A stretch of 64,000 bases of DNA, taken from NCBI GenBank assembly GCA_963555815.3, contig CAUVWX020000002.1, positions 64,001 to 128,000 of the forward strand, read 5' to 3'. The DNA is from a bacterium. GTDB taxonomy: Bacteria; UBA8248; JACPRG01; G963555815. Below the pieces are notes generated by a model. That model saw nothing but the letters and a program-made list of their open reading frames with translations. It had not been told where the DNA came from and made no database searches. The translations under genes were made by a program, and so were the position numbers. Positions 37,610 through 47,981 of this stretch are shown in pieces (within the stretch, counting starts at the first letter, position 1; each line of letters begins with the position of its first letter).

Positions 37610-39127
37610 ATGTACCGACCTTCTTTTGAAGAATTCAAGGTCTTGGCTGGCCAGGGCAATCTTATCCCGGTCTACCGGGAGGTTTTGGCTGATCTGGAGA
37701 CACCGGTCTCGGCCTTCCTGAAGGTGGGGGGCGGGGATTATGCCTTTCTCCTCGAGAGCGTGGAGGGGGGCGAGAAATGGGCCCGCTACTGTTTCCTGGG
37801 GGCAGAGCCTTCCCTTGTGTTTCGAAGCAAGGGAAGACACATCACGATCGAGGGTGAAGGGAAACGAGAGGAGAGGGAGGGAGACCCCCTCGAGGTCTTG
37901 AAGGAGCTCCTCGGGGCCTACCGCCCTGTCCAGGTGGAGGGCCTCCCTCGCTTTTACGGCGGGGCCGTCGGCTACATGGGCTACGACATGGTCCGTTTCT
38001 TTGAGCGCCTGCCCGAGCGGACGGAGGATGACCTCAACCTTCCTGACTCCCTCTTCCTTCTGACCGACACCTTACTCATCTTCGACCACGTGTCGCAGAA
38101 GATTAAAGTGGTCGCCAATGCAAAGCTGGAAGGGGTGGATGTGGGCGCCGCCTACGGAGAGGCCATCGCGAAGATTGAGGCCCTGGTCGAAAAGCTCCAA
38201 GGGGGGTTGCCCGCTCCCGCGTCAACGGGGGACCACGCTGGGACAGAGTCCCCTGCCGCCTTGACCGTGACCTCGAACTTCACTGGTAAGGGGTTTGAGA
38301 AGGCCGTCACCAGGGTCAAAGAATTTATCCGGACGGGTGAGGCTATCCAGGTGGTCCTCGCTCAACGCCTCGAGGTCCCCCTCGCGTCCTCCCCCTTCGA
38401 CGTCTACCGAGCCCTTCGGATCATCAACCCCTCGCCCTACATGTTTTACCTGAAGCTCAAAGACCTCCAGCTGGTGGGTTCCTCCCCGGAAGTCCTGGTC
38501 CGTCTGGAGGGGGATCGGATCGAGGTCCGGCCCATCGCCGGGACGCGCCCTCGGGGGGCGACGGAAGAGGAGGACCGGGCCCTCGCCGAGGAGCTCCTGC
38601 GCGATGAAAAGGAGCGAGCCGAGCACATCATGCTTGTCGACCTCGGGCGGAACGACATCGGCAGGGTGGCTCGAAAGGGGACCGTAGAGGTCAATGAGCT
38701 CATGATCATCGAGCGCTATTCCCACGTCATGCACATTGTGAGCAACGTCCGTGGGCAGATCGAGGACGGGATGGACGCCTTTGACTTGATGCGGGCGTGC
38801 TTTCCGGCCGGGACGGTCTCGGGGGCCCCCAAGGTGCGGGCCATGGAGATTATCGAGGAACTGGAGCCTACGCGTCGGGGGCCCTATGCCGGGGCCGTCG
38901 GCTATTTTGGCTACTCCGGCAACATGGATACTTGCATCGCGATTCGCACCCTTGTCCTGACCGGCGGTCGGGCCTATCTGGGGGTGGGGGCCGGGGTGGT
39001 GGCCGACTCTGTGCCGGAGCGGGAGTACCAGGAGACGCTGAACAAGGCCCGGGCCCTCCTTCGAGCCATGGAGTTTGCCCAAGGGGGCTTGGAACAGAGA
39101 AGCGGGCGAGAACGTGAAAAAGAGTGA
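37610..39127 (+). CDS. trpE: Anthranilate synthase component I
   Basis: LLES, NPSPYM, GSSPE, PIAGTRPRG, EHIMLVDLGRND and SGAPKVRAM motifs. Confidence 0.96.
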   Translation: MYRPSFEEFKVLAGQGNLIPVYREVLADLETPVSAFLKVGGGDYAFLLESVEGGEKWARYCFLGAEPSLVFRSKGRHITIEGEGKREEREGDPLEVLKELLGAYRPVQVEGLPRFYGGAVGYMGYDMVRFFERLPERTEDDLNLPDSLFLLTDTLLIFDHVSQKIKVVANAKLEGVDVGAAYGEAIAKIEALVEKLQGGLPAPASTGDHAGTESPAALTVTSNFTGKGFEKAVTRVKEFIRTGEAIQVVLAQRLEVPLASSPFDVYRALRIINPSPYMFYLKLKDLQLVGSSPEVLVRLEGDRIEVRPIAGTRPRGATEEEDRALAEELLRDEKERAEHIMLVDLGRNDIGRVARKGTVEVNELMIIERYSHVMHIVSNVRGQIEDGMDAFDLMRACFPAGTVSGAPKVRAMEIIEELEPTRRGPYAGAVGYFGYSGNMDTCIAIRTLVLTGGRAYLGVGAGVVADSVPEREYQETLNKARALLRAMEFAQGGLEQRSGREREKE

Positions 39128-39133
39128 GATGCC

Positions 39134-39709
39134 ATGATTCTCATGATCGACAACTACGACTCCTTCACCTACAACTTGGTCCAGTATCTGGCCGAGCTAG
39201 GGGCGCAGGTCGAGGTCCGCCGAAATGACGCCATCGGCCTGGACGAGGTGGTGCAGCTGAACCCCGAACTGATTGTGATCTCCCCCGGTCCGGGGAGGCC
39301 TGAGGGGGCGGGGGTGACGGTCGAGCTTGTTCGAAGATTCGCGGGGAAGATCCCCATTTTCGGCGTCTGCCTCGGACACCAGGCCATTGCGTTTGCCCTG
39401 GGAGGCCGGATTGTCCAGGCGAACCGCATCACGCACGGAAAGACCTCGCCCATCCATCACGACGGAGGCGGGATCTTCCAGAGACTTCCCAGCCCCTTTG
39501 AGGCGACGCGCTACCACTCTCTTCTCGTCGAGCGACAGGGTTTTCCGGAGACACTCGAGGTGTCAGCTGAGACCCAGGAGGGTGAGGTGATGGGTCTTCG
39601 GGGAAGGGGGATGCCCCTTGAGGGAGTCCAGTTCCATCCCGAGTCTATTCTCACCCGGGAGGGGAAGGCCCTCCTTCAAAATGTCCTCATGATGGCCCGA
39701 AAATCCTAA
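39134..39709 (+). CDS. trpG: Anthranilate synthase component II (glutamine amidotransferase)
   Basis: IDNYDSFT, SPGPG, GVCLGHQ, RYHSL and QFHPES motifs. Confidence 0.96.
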   Translation: MILMIDNYDSFTYNLVQYLAELGAQVEVRRNDAIGLDEVVQLNPELIVISPGPGRPEGAGVTVELVRRFAGKIPIFGVCLGHQAIAFALGGRIVQANRITHGKTSPIHHDGGGIFQRLPSPFEATRYHSLLVERQGFPETLEVSAETQEGEVMGLRGRGMPLEGVQFHPESILTREGKALLQNVLMMARKS

Positions 39710-39845
39710 GGGTTTCTGGCCCTGGGAGGGAAATCTTGCCTGTCAGGGAAAAACCTGATTTCGGACGGCACTCAACTCTAGAACGACTGTTTCTTGGCCT
39801 GAACAGCTCATCCGGGCGGCGTGCGGCTGAAAACCGGAAAGCGGA

Positions 39846-40127
39846 TCAACCCTTCATCGACCTCCTAGACGCCTTGACAGGGTTCAACTTGCTGTCCACG
39901 GTGCTCTTGGCCTTGTCGAGGTGGGTGGCGAAGGAACAATCCCCCAAGGCCCATCTGGACGCCGGCTCTGCATAGATGGCGCAATACTCGCCCGTTGGAA
40001 AGTTCCGGATGTAATCACAGCCGGCGCACTGCTCGACAACGGGATGACACTCCCCCTCGTCGAAGGAGCACCCCTCGCGGGTCATAAAGACGCAGTCTGT
40101 CCCTTTTCGAACGGTGACACATTCCAT
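39846..40127 (-). CDS. PxxKW-family small cysteine-rich protein
   Basis: 8 Cys, PASRW..G.C..ATH and KLNPVKASRR tail; own TTGACG-N16-TATATT promoter at ~40260-40287. Confidence 0.82.
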   Translation of the reverse strand: MECVTVRKGTDCVFMTREGCSFDEGECHPVVEQCAGCDYIRNFPTGEYCAIYAEPASRWALGDCSFATHLDKAKSTVDSKLNPVKASRRSMKG

Positions 40128-40556
40128 CGGTTTTCAGCTCCTCTTGCGGCGTCCCTTCGGACGGGAGCCGCCCGAAGGTGAAAAAATCGCGCCGGTAAAG
40201 GCCCTCGGCGAGACGCCCTCAAAGGGTGGGACTTTCCCCACGCGGTCAGGATTCACGAAAATATACGATGTTTCTTTCAACCGTCAAGGGGGAAAAGAGG
40301 CGATTTCAGACTGCAGGCCGTGGGAGGCCGTCCAGCGGACCCCCTTCAGGGGATTGTCCTCAGGGTGTGTGATGTGCTATGCAGATTTCTGTGGGGAGTT
40401 CAAAGGCCTTGAAAATCCTTGGCTCTGCTGGAGATGGGAGGGTCCCCTCCCAGGCTTTCAGGGGTGAGCCGTATGGGATTGGTTTCAATGAACCCTTCTG
40501 AGAACCAACGGTAAAGAATGGGTATGTATCGTAACCCGACGGGCAGGCGCTGAGCG

Positions 40557-41498
40557 ATGAAGGTTTTGGACGAGCGGGGGAGAATCGCGGGTCTCATCAA
40601 CATCTTTGATCTCGTGATCCTTCTGGCCGTCGTCTTTCTTGCCTTTTACTACTGGGTGGAGGTGCCGAGGCTTCTCAATCCTCCGGCCAGAGGCCTCGCG
40701 GCCCCTCCGGCACGCTCGGATGATGAGCAACTTGGGGTGTTGCTGAGGAAACAACCGGGGATTTTGGAGGACATCGTTTTCATCTTTAAAGACATAGACC
40801 CCGAGGTGGCCCCCCTCATCCAGTCGGGAGACCGAGACACCACCCATCCTCAAACACAAGTGGAGATTACGGAGATACTGGGCATTGAGCCGATGCGGGT
40901 CGCTATTAATTTGGGGTCGAGGCAGACGTTGGCCAGTGTCCCCGGGGAGAAGCTCCTGGTCCAGGCGAAGGTGAAGATTGACGGAGTCATGCAGGGGGAG
41001 GACTTTTTTTATAAGGATCAGCCCCTTCTTCATGCGCAGTTCTATAGCTTCGTCACGGATAAATATTCCCTCATTGGGGAACTCCTCCGTCTCGATGACA
41101 CCTTCCTTCAGGGCAGGCTACCCATTAAACGACAGATCGAGGTGGTGGGGGTGTTCGAGGATCTCCCCGAAAACTTCGCCACTCTCATTCAGCCGGGTGA
41201 TAAAGCGGTCTTGACGGTCCGAGGAGGTCAACCCGAAGGCGAGACGACTTTGGTCATTAGAGAGGTCATGCTAGAGCAGGAGTCGCCCGCTGACCCAGGA
41301 TCTAAATACAATGCTCAGATCGTCCTGGAATGCCTTTGCCAACTCGACAACCGCGGCTATTCCTTCAACGAACAGTTCATCCGCGTGGGGGGGGCCTTTA
41401 ATTTCACCACCGAGCTTTATGTTTTCACCATGCGGGTTCATCAGATTGAAGTCCTGGGTATTCCGGGTAGAGATTCCCTCTCATCGCCCAAGCCTTAG
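40557..41498 (+). CDS. DUF4330-like membrane-anchored protein with two tandem domains
   Basis: MKVLDERGRIAGLINIFDL plus a TM helix; internal duplication visible. Confidence 0.65.
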   Translation: MKVLDERGRIAGLINIFDLVILLAVVFLAFYYWVEVPRLLNPPARGLAAPPARSDDEQLGVLLRKQPGILEDIVFIFKDIDPEVAPLIQSGDRDTTHPQTQVEITEILGIEPMRVAINLGSRQTLASVPGEKLLVQAKVKIDGVMQGEDFFYKDQPLLHAQFYSFVTDKYSLIGELLRLDDTFLQGRLPIKRQIEVVGVFEDLPENFATLIQPGDKAVLTVRGGQPEGETTLVIREVMLEQESPADPGSKYNAQIVLECLCQLDNRGYSFNEQFIRVGGAFNFTTELYVFTMRVHQIEVLGIPGRDSLSSPKP

Positions 41499-41552
41499 GG
41501 GGGCTATCCCGCAGATCCCGATGCCTTTGGTCGTCCATTTTCCGAAGGGCTC

Positions 41553-42581
41553 ATGATCAAGGAAGCCATCAGCCGCGTGGTCGAACGGCAGAACCTCTCT
41601 GCTGAAGAGGCCGAGACCGTGATGAATGGGATCATGGGAGGCGAGTGCACCCCGGCCCAGGTCGCGGCCTATGTGACGGCTTTACGGATGAAGGGGGAGA
41701 CCATTGAGGAGATCACCGGAAGCGCCCGGGCCATGCGGGCGAAGGCGACCCCCATTCGCTCCCGTCACCGGGTGCTGGTAGACACGGCGGGCACAGGGGG
41801 AGATGGCTCTCGGACCTTCAACATCTCAACCACGGCAGCCTTGGTGGCAGCGGGGGCCGGGGTTCCGGTGGCCAAACACGGAGGGCGAGGGGTTTCCAGC
41901 GGGTTCGGGAGCGCGGACCTGATGGCGGCCCTGGGCATCGACATTGAGGCCTCCCCGGAACAGGTGAGCGCCTGCCTCGACGAGGTGGGGATCGCCTTCC
42001 TCTTTGCTCCCCTCCTCCATGGGGCCATGAAGTACGCCGTCGGCCCCCGACGAGAGATGGGGATCCGGACCGTCTTTAATATCATGGGGCCCATTACGAA
42101 CCCCGCGGGCGCCCATTGCCAGGTCATCGGCGTCTACGATGGGGCGCTGACGGAGACCTTGGCCCGCGTCCTGGCCAACCTCGGCTCTCGGCGTGCCTTC
42201 GTTGTCCACGGTTCAGACGGCCTGGACGAGGTCACCCTGAGCGGCCCCACGCGAGTTTCGGAGCTTCGAGAGGGGGAGGTTCGAACGTACGACGTCACGC
42301 CCGAGGATTTTGGGTTGAAGAGGGGATCCATCGAGGCGTGCCGGGTGACGTCCCAGGAGGACAACGTCCAGATGACCCTCATGGTCCTCAACGGCCGCAC
42401 GGGCCCTCCCAGAGACATCGTCCTCATGAACGCTGCGGTCGCCATCTACGTGGGCGAGGGGGAGGAAAGCTTGCCGAAAGCCCTCTTGGCCGCCAAGAAC
42501 TCCATCGATTCCGGAAGCGCCCTGCGAAAGCTCCAAGCCATTCGGGAGTTTTCCAACCGGTCCGTCTCCTCTCGGGAATAG
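41553..42581 (+). CDS. trpD: Anthranilate phosphoribosyltransferase
   Basis: GTGGDG, FNIST, AKHG, GSAD and DGLDE motifs. Confidence 0.97.
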   Translation: MIKEAISRVVERQNLSAEEAETVMNGIMGGECTPAQVAAYVTALRMKGETIEEITGSARAMRAKATPIRSRHRVLVDTAGTGGDGSRTFNISTTAALVAAGAGVPVAKHGGRGVSSGFGSADLMAALGIDIEASPEQVSACLDEVGIAFLFAPLLHGAMKYAVGPRREMGIRTVFNIMGPITNPAGAHCQVIGVYDGALTETLARVLANLGSRRAFVVHGSDGLDEVTLSGPTRVSELREGEVRTYDVTPEDFGLKRGSIEACRVTSQEDNVQMTLMVLNGRTGPPRDIVLMNAAVAIYVGEGEESLPKALLAAKNSIDSGSALRKLQAIREFSNRSVSSRE

Positions 42582-42585
42582 GTCC

Positions 42586-43386
42586 GTGGGAATACCCAAA
42601 ACGAGCGGTATCCTGGGGGAGATCCTGGAGAGTGTGCGGGGGGCACTTCAGGTTGAGAGCTCCAAGATCCCCCTCGATGAGCTTCGCTCTCTCGCTCGGG
42701 ACGCCTCACCCCCCAGGGATTTTCAGGCTGCGCTCACCAGGGGAGAACCTCCTCGCATTATCGCTGAGACCAAGGGGGCCTCGCCCTCGGCCGGCACTCT
42801 GGCGAAAGCCTATGAACCCGTTCCCCTGGCCCAAGCCTATCAGGAAGGTGGGGCCGTCGCTCTCTCGGTCCTGACGGAGCCCAAATATTTTCGTGGGGCC
42901 CTCAGTCATCTCTCCGCCGTCCGGGAAGCCACCGGTCTTCCCGTCCTCCGAAAAGATTTTCTGGTCGACCCCTATCAGCTTTACCAGGCCCGGGCCGCTG
43001 GGGCCGACGCCGTTCTCTTGATTGTCCGCTGCCTCGAAGATGGGCCCCTGCAGGAGTTTTTGGGGCTGGCAGAGGATCTGGGGATGTCCGCCCTGGTCGA
43101 GGCCTACGATGAGGGTGAAGTGGACCGAGCGGTCTCGGCGGGGGCCCGCATCATCGGCATCAATCAGCGGGACCTAAAAACCTTTGAGACGGACCCAATC
43201 TCCTCTCTAAAACTTTCGGCGCGCCTTCCTCCTTCCTGTATCGGTGTGGCCGAGAGCGGGATTAAGACGCGGAACGATATCAAGAGGCTCATGGCCGGCG
43301 GGTTCGAATGCTTTCTTGTGGGGGAGACTCTGATCCGGTCGAGAGACCCGGCCCGGAAGATCCGCGAACTTCGTGGGGCGGGCTAA
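42586..43386 (+). CDS. trpC: Indole-3-glycerol phosphate synthase
   Basis: IAE.K.ASPS, SVLTEP, LRKDF, IGIN.RDL and ESGI motifs. Confidence 0.96.
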   Translation: MGIPKTSGILGEILESVRGALQVESSKIPLDELRSLARDASPPRDFQAALTRGEPPRIIAETKGASPSAGTLAKAYEPVPLAQAYQEGGAVALSVLTEPKYFRGALSHLSAVREATGLPVLRKDFLVDPYQLYQARAAGADAVLLIVRCLEDGPLQEFLGLAEDLGMSALVEAYDEGEVDRAVSAGARIIGINQRDLKTFETDPISSLKLSARLPPSCIGVAESGIKTRNDIKRLMAGGFECFLVGETLIRSRDPARKIRELRGAG

Positions 43387-43609
43387 ATGCTTAGAGATCA
43401 GGGCTCCAGTGGGGGACTGGAGCTTTTGTGCCGAGGAGGTTTCACTCGACACGAGAGCAGAGGGGCTGAATCCTTTTGAACGGGATGGGGGTCCAACAAA
43501 TAGGGCAGTTATCCAGCTTGAGGAATAATTTGCAAAAAAGATGGGTAATCTATAAGAGAGTGAGAGTAATAGATGGGTTGGTTTTTGAGGAAAGTTTGAG
43601 GAAAGAAGG

Positions 43610-44149
43610 ATGAGGCGGAAAAGTTTTGTCCTTATTGGGTTTCTTTTGATCCTCACGGGTGTGGCTTCGGCCCAGACCTACAAAACCTATAGTCCGCAAA
43701 TTCAGGTGCGGGCCACGCGGCCAGGAGCGCCCTCCATCGTCACCTTTCAAGCGCCCGAGCGAATCATCCCCAGCCACCATTTGCCGGTCTATGTGGCGGC
43801 GAAGGCGGGAGACAGTGACCTCAAGGACATCGTGTGGAATTTTTACTGCTGTGGCTCCCAGTACGAAGGTGGGGCCTACCATGTCAAGGAAGGGGAAGGG
43901 GAGGATCTGGACGGAAAGTTTTTCATTAATACGCTCTCTGTCCTCAACTACGGCAGTCCCTTCCGCGCCGCATGGTTAGTCCTTCATCTGAGCGTCTGGG
44001 CTGTGGACCAAGAGGGCAGGTCGAGCGAAAAGATATTTTTTGATGTCACACTGGACCCCACGGCCCCGGATACCTTTCCACCCCCCGAGGACGGTCGCAC
44101 CTATGCGAAAGATTTTGGAGACATCAAAGGGCACATCTTTTTCCCCTAG
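43610..44149 (+). CDS. Hypothetical exported protein
   Basis: Signal peptide MRRKSFVLIGFLLILTGVASA and a beta-rich mature part. Confidence 0.6.
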   Translation: MRRKSFVLIGFLLILTGVASAQTYKTYSPQIQVRATRPGAPSIVTFQAPERIIPSHHLPVYVAAKAGDSDLKDIVWNFYCCGSQYEGGAYHVKEGEGEDLDGKFFINTLSVLNYGSPFRAAWLVLHLSVWAVDQEGRSSEKIFFDVTLDPTAPDTFPPPEDGRTYAKDFGDIKGHIFFP

Positions 44150-44262
44150 GCGCCGGGGGGCATTCAGCCCTAGGGCGCGCCGCCAGTCCAAGACAACAGG
44201 GTTTTTCATTTCGGCGAACCTTTGAGGCAAGGATCCCTCTTCTCTAGGGTAAGAAAGACGAT

Positions 44263-45213
44263 TTGAGCTACGTCTTCGGTCCTGTTCCATCGAGGCGGCT
44301 CGGCCTCTCTCTGGGCGTGGACCCCCTCCCTTATAAAACCTGCAACCTGGACTGCGTCTATTGTGAGCTTGGGCGGACCCAACGCCTCACAGCCCAGCGG
44401 AAGGTGTATATCCCCGTGGACGCGGTCCTGGCCGATGTCCGGGAGGCCCTGAAGACCTGTGCCCGGGTTGACTACATCACCGTGACGGGGTCCGGAGAGC
44501 CGACCCTTCACTCGGGCCTTGGGGCCATCCTGCGGGGGATCAAGGCCATGACGGAGATCCCCCTTGCCGTCATCACCCACAGCAGCCTTCTCCACCTCCC
44601 GGAGGTCAGGGCCGATCTTGCCGCCGCCGACCTCCTCATCCCGAGCCTGGACGCGGTCTCTCCAAAAATCTTCCGTCGTCTCAACCACCCGCACAGTTCT
44701 GTTTCCCCCGAACGGATGGTGGAGGGGCTCGTCGCCCTTCGGGAGGAGTACTCGAGACCCATCTGGTTGGAGATTCTCATCGTCAAGGGTCTGAACGACG
44801 GGCCCGAGGAGGTGGGGCGCCTGCGCGAGGCCGTGAGGCGCATCCGGCCCGATCGCGTGCAACTCAATACGGTGGCCCGCCCGCCCGCCTACCCTTTTGC
44901 CGAGCCTCTTAGCCGAGAGACCCTGGAGGCCCTGAAGGAGTCCTTTGGAGAGGGGGCGGAGGTGATTGCCGAATTTCCCTCCCAGGTCCAGCCAGAGGCC
45001 CCTTCGGACCCTGAAAGGGCCATTCGGACCTATCTGGAACGACGGCCCGCGACCCTCTTTGACCTCATCTCGGCCCTGGGCCTAAAGGCCGAGACCGCTG
45101 AGGGGCATCTGAGGGCCCTTGTGGAGGAGGGTGAGGTGGAGCAGATGGGGGCGGCCGATTCTACGTTTTATTCCACTTACTACCGGTTCCGCCGCCAGAA
45201 GGTTCGGACGTAA
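44263..45213 (+). CDS. Radical SAM protein
   Basis: FGPVPSRRLG, CNLDCVYC and GEPTL motifs; C-terminal wHTH-like segment. Confidence 0.9.
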   Translation: MSYVFGPVPSRRLGLSLGVDPLPYKTCNLDCVYCELGRTQRLTAQRKVYIPVDAVLADVREALKTCARVDYITVTGSGEPTLHSGLGAILRGIKAMTEIPLAVITHSSLLHLPEVRADLAAADLLIPSLDAVSPKIFRRLNHPHSSVSPERMVEGLVALREEYSRPIWLEILIVKGLNDGPEEVGRLREAVRRIRPDRVQLNTVARPPAYPFAEPLSRETLEALKESFGEGAEVIAEFPSQVQPEAPSDPERAIRTYLERRPATLFDLISALGLKAETAEGHLRALVEEGEVEQMGAADSTFYSTYYRFRRQKVRT

Positions 45214-45292
45214 GGGGCGCCCTCGCCCCATCGCCTTCCCCTCAGTGCCGAAAATCTCCAAAAAACCTCTTCTCGACCGACCACCACCCGTT

Positions 45293-46423
45293 TCAGCCCT
45301 CCTGATAAGGGTGAACCCTGCCCTCAAAATTTCTGAAGACCGTTCGGGGGCCTTCCTGGCTTTGTCGGTATTCGGGTACGAGGGGGATCTTGCCGCCCCC
45401 CCTGGTCAGGTCCACGACGAAGCTCGGGACCGCATAGCCCGAAGTGTGGCCGATCAGGTTCTCCATGAGGGACAACCCGGTGGAAAGGGGGGTTCGAAAA
45501 TGGGCCGTCCCCTCCACCTGGTCACACTGAAAGAGGTAGTAGGGCCGGACTCGGATCTGAAGGAGTTTCTGCATGAGGGCCGTCATGGTCTTGGGGTCAT
45601 CGTTGATGCCGGCCAGGAGGACGGTCTGGCTTCCGAGGGGGAAGCCGCAGTCGGCCAGGCGCTGGCACGCCCTTTCCACCTCCGGCGTGACCTCCTTGGG
45701 GTGGATGAAGTGAAGGCTGAAGTAGAGGGGCTGCAACCTTCGAAGCCCCCGAAGGAGCCTCGGCGTCACTCGCTGGGGGAGGGTGATGGGGACGCGGGTT
45801 CCGATCCGCAGGATCTCCACGTGGGGGATGGCCCGAAGGCGCGAAACGAGCCCGATGAGCCGCTCATCGCTTAGCGTGAGGGGGTCTCCCCCGGAGATGA
45901 GGACATCCCGGACCTCGGGTCTCCCCTCCAGGTAGGCGATCCCCTCCTCCCACTGGGCGTTCGTCACGGCGTGCCTTGAGTCCCCGACAAGGCGGCGGCG
46001 GTTGCAATACCGACAGTACATGGAGCACACGTTGGAGGCCAGGAAGAGGGCGCGGTCAGGATAGCGATGGATGATGGCCGGGACCGGGGAGTGGGCCTCC
46101 TCATCCAGTGGGTCGGGAGAGTCGATAACCGCCGGGTAGGATTCCTCGATCCGGGGCATGGCCTGGCGCCGAAGAGGACAGTTCGGGTCCTCGGGGTCCA
46201 TGAGGCTGGCGAAGTAGGGGGTAATGCCGAAGGCGAAATTTTTAGCGGCATATCGGGCGCCCTTCTCCTCTTCGGGCGATAGTCGAAAGTACCGCTTTAG
46301 GTCTTCCAAGCAGATGAGTCGATGGGACATCTGCCAGCGCCAATCGTCCCACTGGCGACGGGTTGCCCCAAAGCGCCGCCAGGGACGCTCGACTGAAGCC
46401 CATCGGGGATTTGTCCTGTCCAT
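45293..46423 (-). CDS. KamA-family radical SAM (lysine 2,3-aminomutase-like)
   Basis: HRYPDR, CSMYCRYC, SGGDPL, QTVLL.GIND, RPYYL and GGGKIP motifs. Confidence 0.92.
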   Translation of the reverse strand: MDRTNPRWASVERPWRRFGATRRQWDDWRWQMSHRLICLEDLKRYFRLSPEEEKGARYAAKNFAFGITPYFASLMDPEDPNCPLRRQAMPRIEESYPAVIDSPDPLDEEAHSPVPAIIHRYPDRALFLASNVCSMYCRYCNRRRLVGDSRHAVTNAQWEEGIAYLEGRPEVRDVLISGGDPLTLSDERLIGLVSRLRAIPHVEILRIGTRVPITLPQRVTPRLLRGLRRLQPLYFSLHFIHPKEVTPEVERACQRLADCGFPLGSQTVLLAGINDDPKTMTALMQKLLQIRVRPYYLFQCDQVEGTAHFRTPLSTGLSLMENLIGHTSGYAVPSFVVDLTRGGGKIPLVPEYRQSQEGPRTVFRNFEGRVHPYQEG

Positions 46424-46497
46424 CGTGTCCTCCTTGAGGTTCAGAGTTTTCTCCCGTCAAAAGAGTGTGGATCGAGTTCCGCTCCCTTTGGCGTCCC

Positions 46498-47145
46498 TCA
46501 GAGGAGGTTTCCTTCTCCCTGCAGGGCGATGAGGAAGGGGTTCGTGGCCCGCTCCTGGCGGATGCTGGTGGCCGGCCCGTGGCCGGGGTACACGAGGAGG
46601 GCATCGTCCAGGGGAAGGATCTTCGTGCAAAGGGTCTCGGCGAGTTGACGAGGATCCGCCCCCGGGATGTCGGTCCTTCCGACGGACCCGGCGAAGAGCA
46701 CATCCCCGCCGATGAGCCGGTCCGAAAACAGATAACCCAGACTGCCGGGGCTATGACCGGGCAGGTGGATGGCCCGAAAGGAGATCCGCCCCAGGCTGAA
46801 CTCGTCCCCTTCCCGAGGGTGGTGAGTCACCCGGGGAGGCTCGACACCCTCGATGCCAAAGGCGGCGGCCTGCTCGGAGAGACCCTCCAGGAGAAAGAGG
46901 TCATCCTCGTGGAGGTAGAAGTCGACTCCCGTCTCCTGCTGGATCCTCGCCACCGCGCCCACATGGTCGAAATGGCCGTGGGTGTTCAGGATGCGGACCA
47001 GAGTCAGGCCGTGGTCCGCAAGGCGGCCGAGGATCCGCTCCGGCTCGTCGCCCGGGTCGAAGAGGATGGCCTGACGCGTCTCTTCATCCCCCAGGAGGTA
47101 GCAGTTCTCCAGGATGGGGCCGACTGTCAACATCTCTAGGAGCAT
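46498..47145 (-). CDS. MBL-fold metallo-hydrolase (glyoxalase II-like)
   Basis: THGHFDH, PGHSPG, GDVLF and PGHG motifs. Confidence 0.93.
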   Translation of the reverse strand: MLLEMLTVGPILENCYLLGDEETRQAILFDPGDEPERILGRLADHGLTLVRILNTHGHFDHVGAVARIQQETGVDFYLHEDDLFLLEGLSEQAAAFGIEGVEPPRVTHHPREGDEFSLGRISFRAIHLPGHSPGSLGYLFSDRLIGGDVLFAGSVGRTDIPGADPRQLAETLCTKILPLDDALLVYPGHGPATSIRQERATNPFLIALQGEGNLL

Positions 47146-47485
47146 GGGAGAAGACCCGTGGTGTTCAATGCTGGGGAAGGATTGCGCTGACCTTCTATCC
47201 TATTGTTCAAGCGTCTGTCAACTCATATTTCTTGTCCGGATTCCTTTGATTAGACCGGAAATCCCGGGTTCGACATTTCTCTTGCCCGGCTTGCGGAGAG
47301 GCGATATGCTGACAAGACTTGGTCAGGTGATGTTCTTTTTCGGGAGAAGGACAAGAGGCTTATTTCTGTCCCCCGGTGGAGAACGACGGTTGGGAGAAAC
47401 GGGCGGCATTGTGGGGAGGAGTTTTCGGACTCTAACTTGCCAGGAAGGGTGCCCTGTTTCTCCGGTCGAAGGGAGGGTTTGGCCA

Positions 47486-47751
47486 TGCAAATGGGTCAGG
47501 AAGGTGGTTTGGAGTTTTCAACGAGTAAGGGGAATGACGTCAGTGAGCTTCACTCCGAGAAACGGGACAAAGCCTTCCACCATCTGGTGGAAGAATTGGA
47601 CGCCCTCTGCCGAAGGCATATTGTCAGGTCTGACTTATTGAAAACCATCGATCTCCTCTCGGCCTTGAACCTGGTGTCAGAGCAGATGCGCGTTAATCTA
47701 GTGGCTGACACCCTGAGACGGACACTGAGCTCCGTGAAGATTGAGATCTGA
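47486..47751 (+). CDS. Small hypothetical protein
   Basis: Isolated ORF with GGAGG-like RBS before ATG 47486 (alternative starts downstream); predicted helical. Confidence 0.5.
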
Positions 47752-47981
47752 AAGTCGGACAGCCGATCCCCCTTGCATCTGAAAAGGGGTGAAAAATTGT
47801 GTTTTTGGGCTCTAAAAAGTCTTTGTCCATAGGCTGAAGAACGGCTCCTCCAATCCCCGCGGGCCAGGTTTTGGAGCATCACCCCCACCGCGAGAGACCT
47901 CCCTCATCGCCTCCCTGGTAGCCCAGAAGGGTTTTCCGGTATACTCGCAAGGGCTTATAAAACCTTTCTGGTGACATTTCC

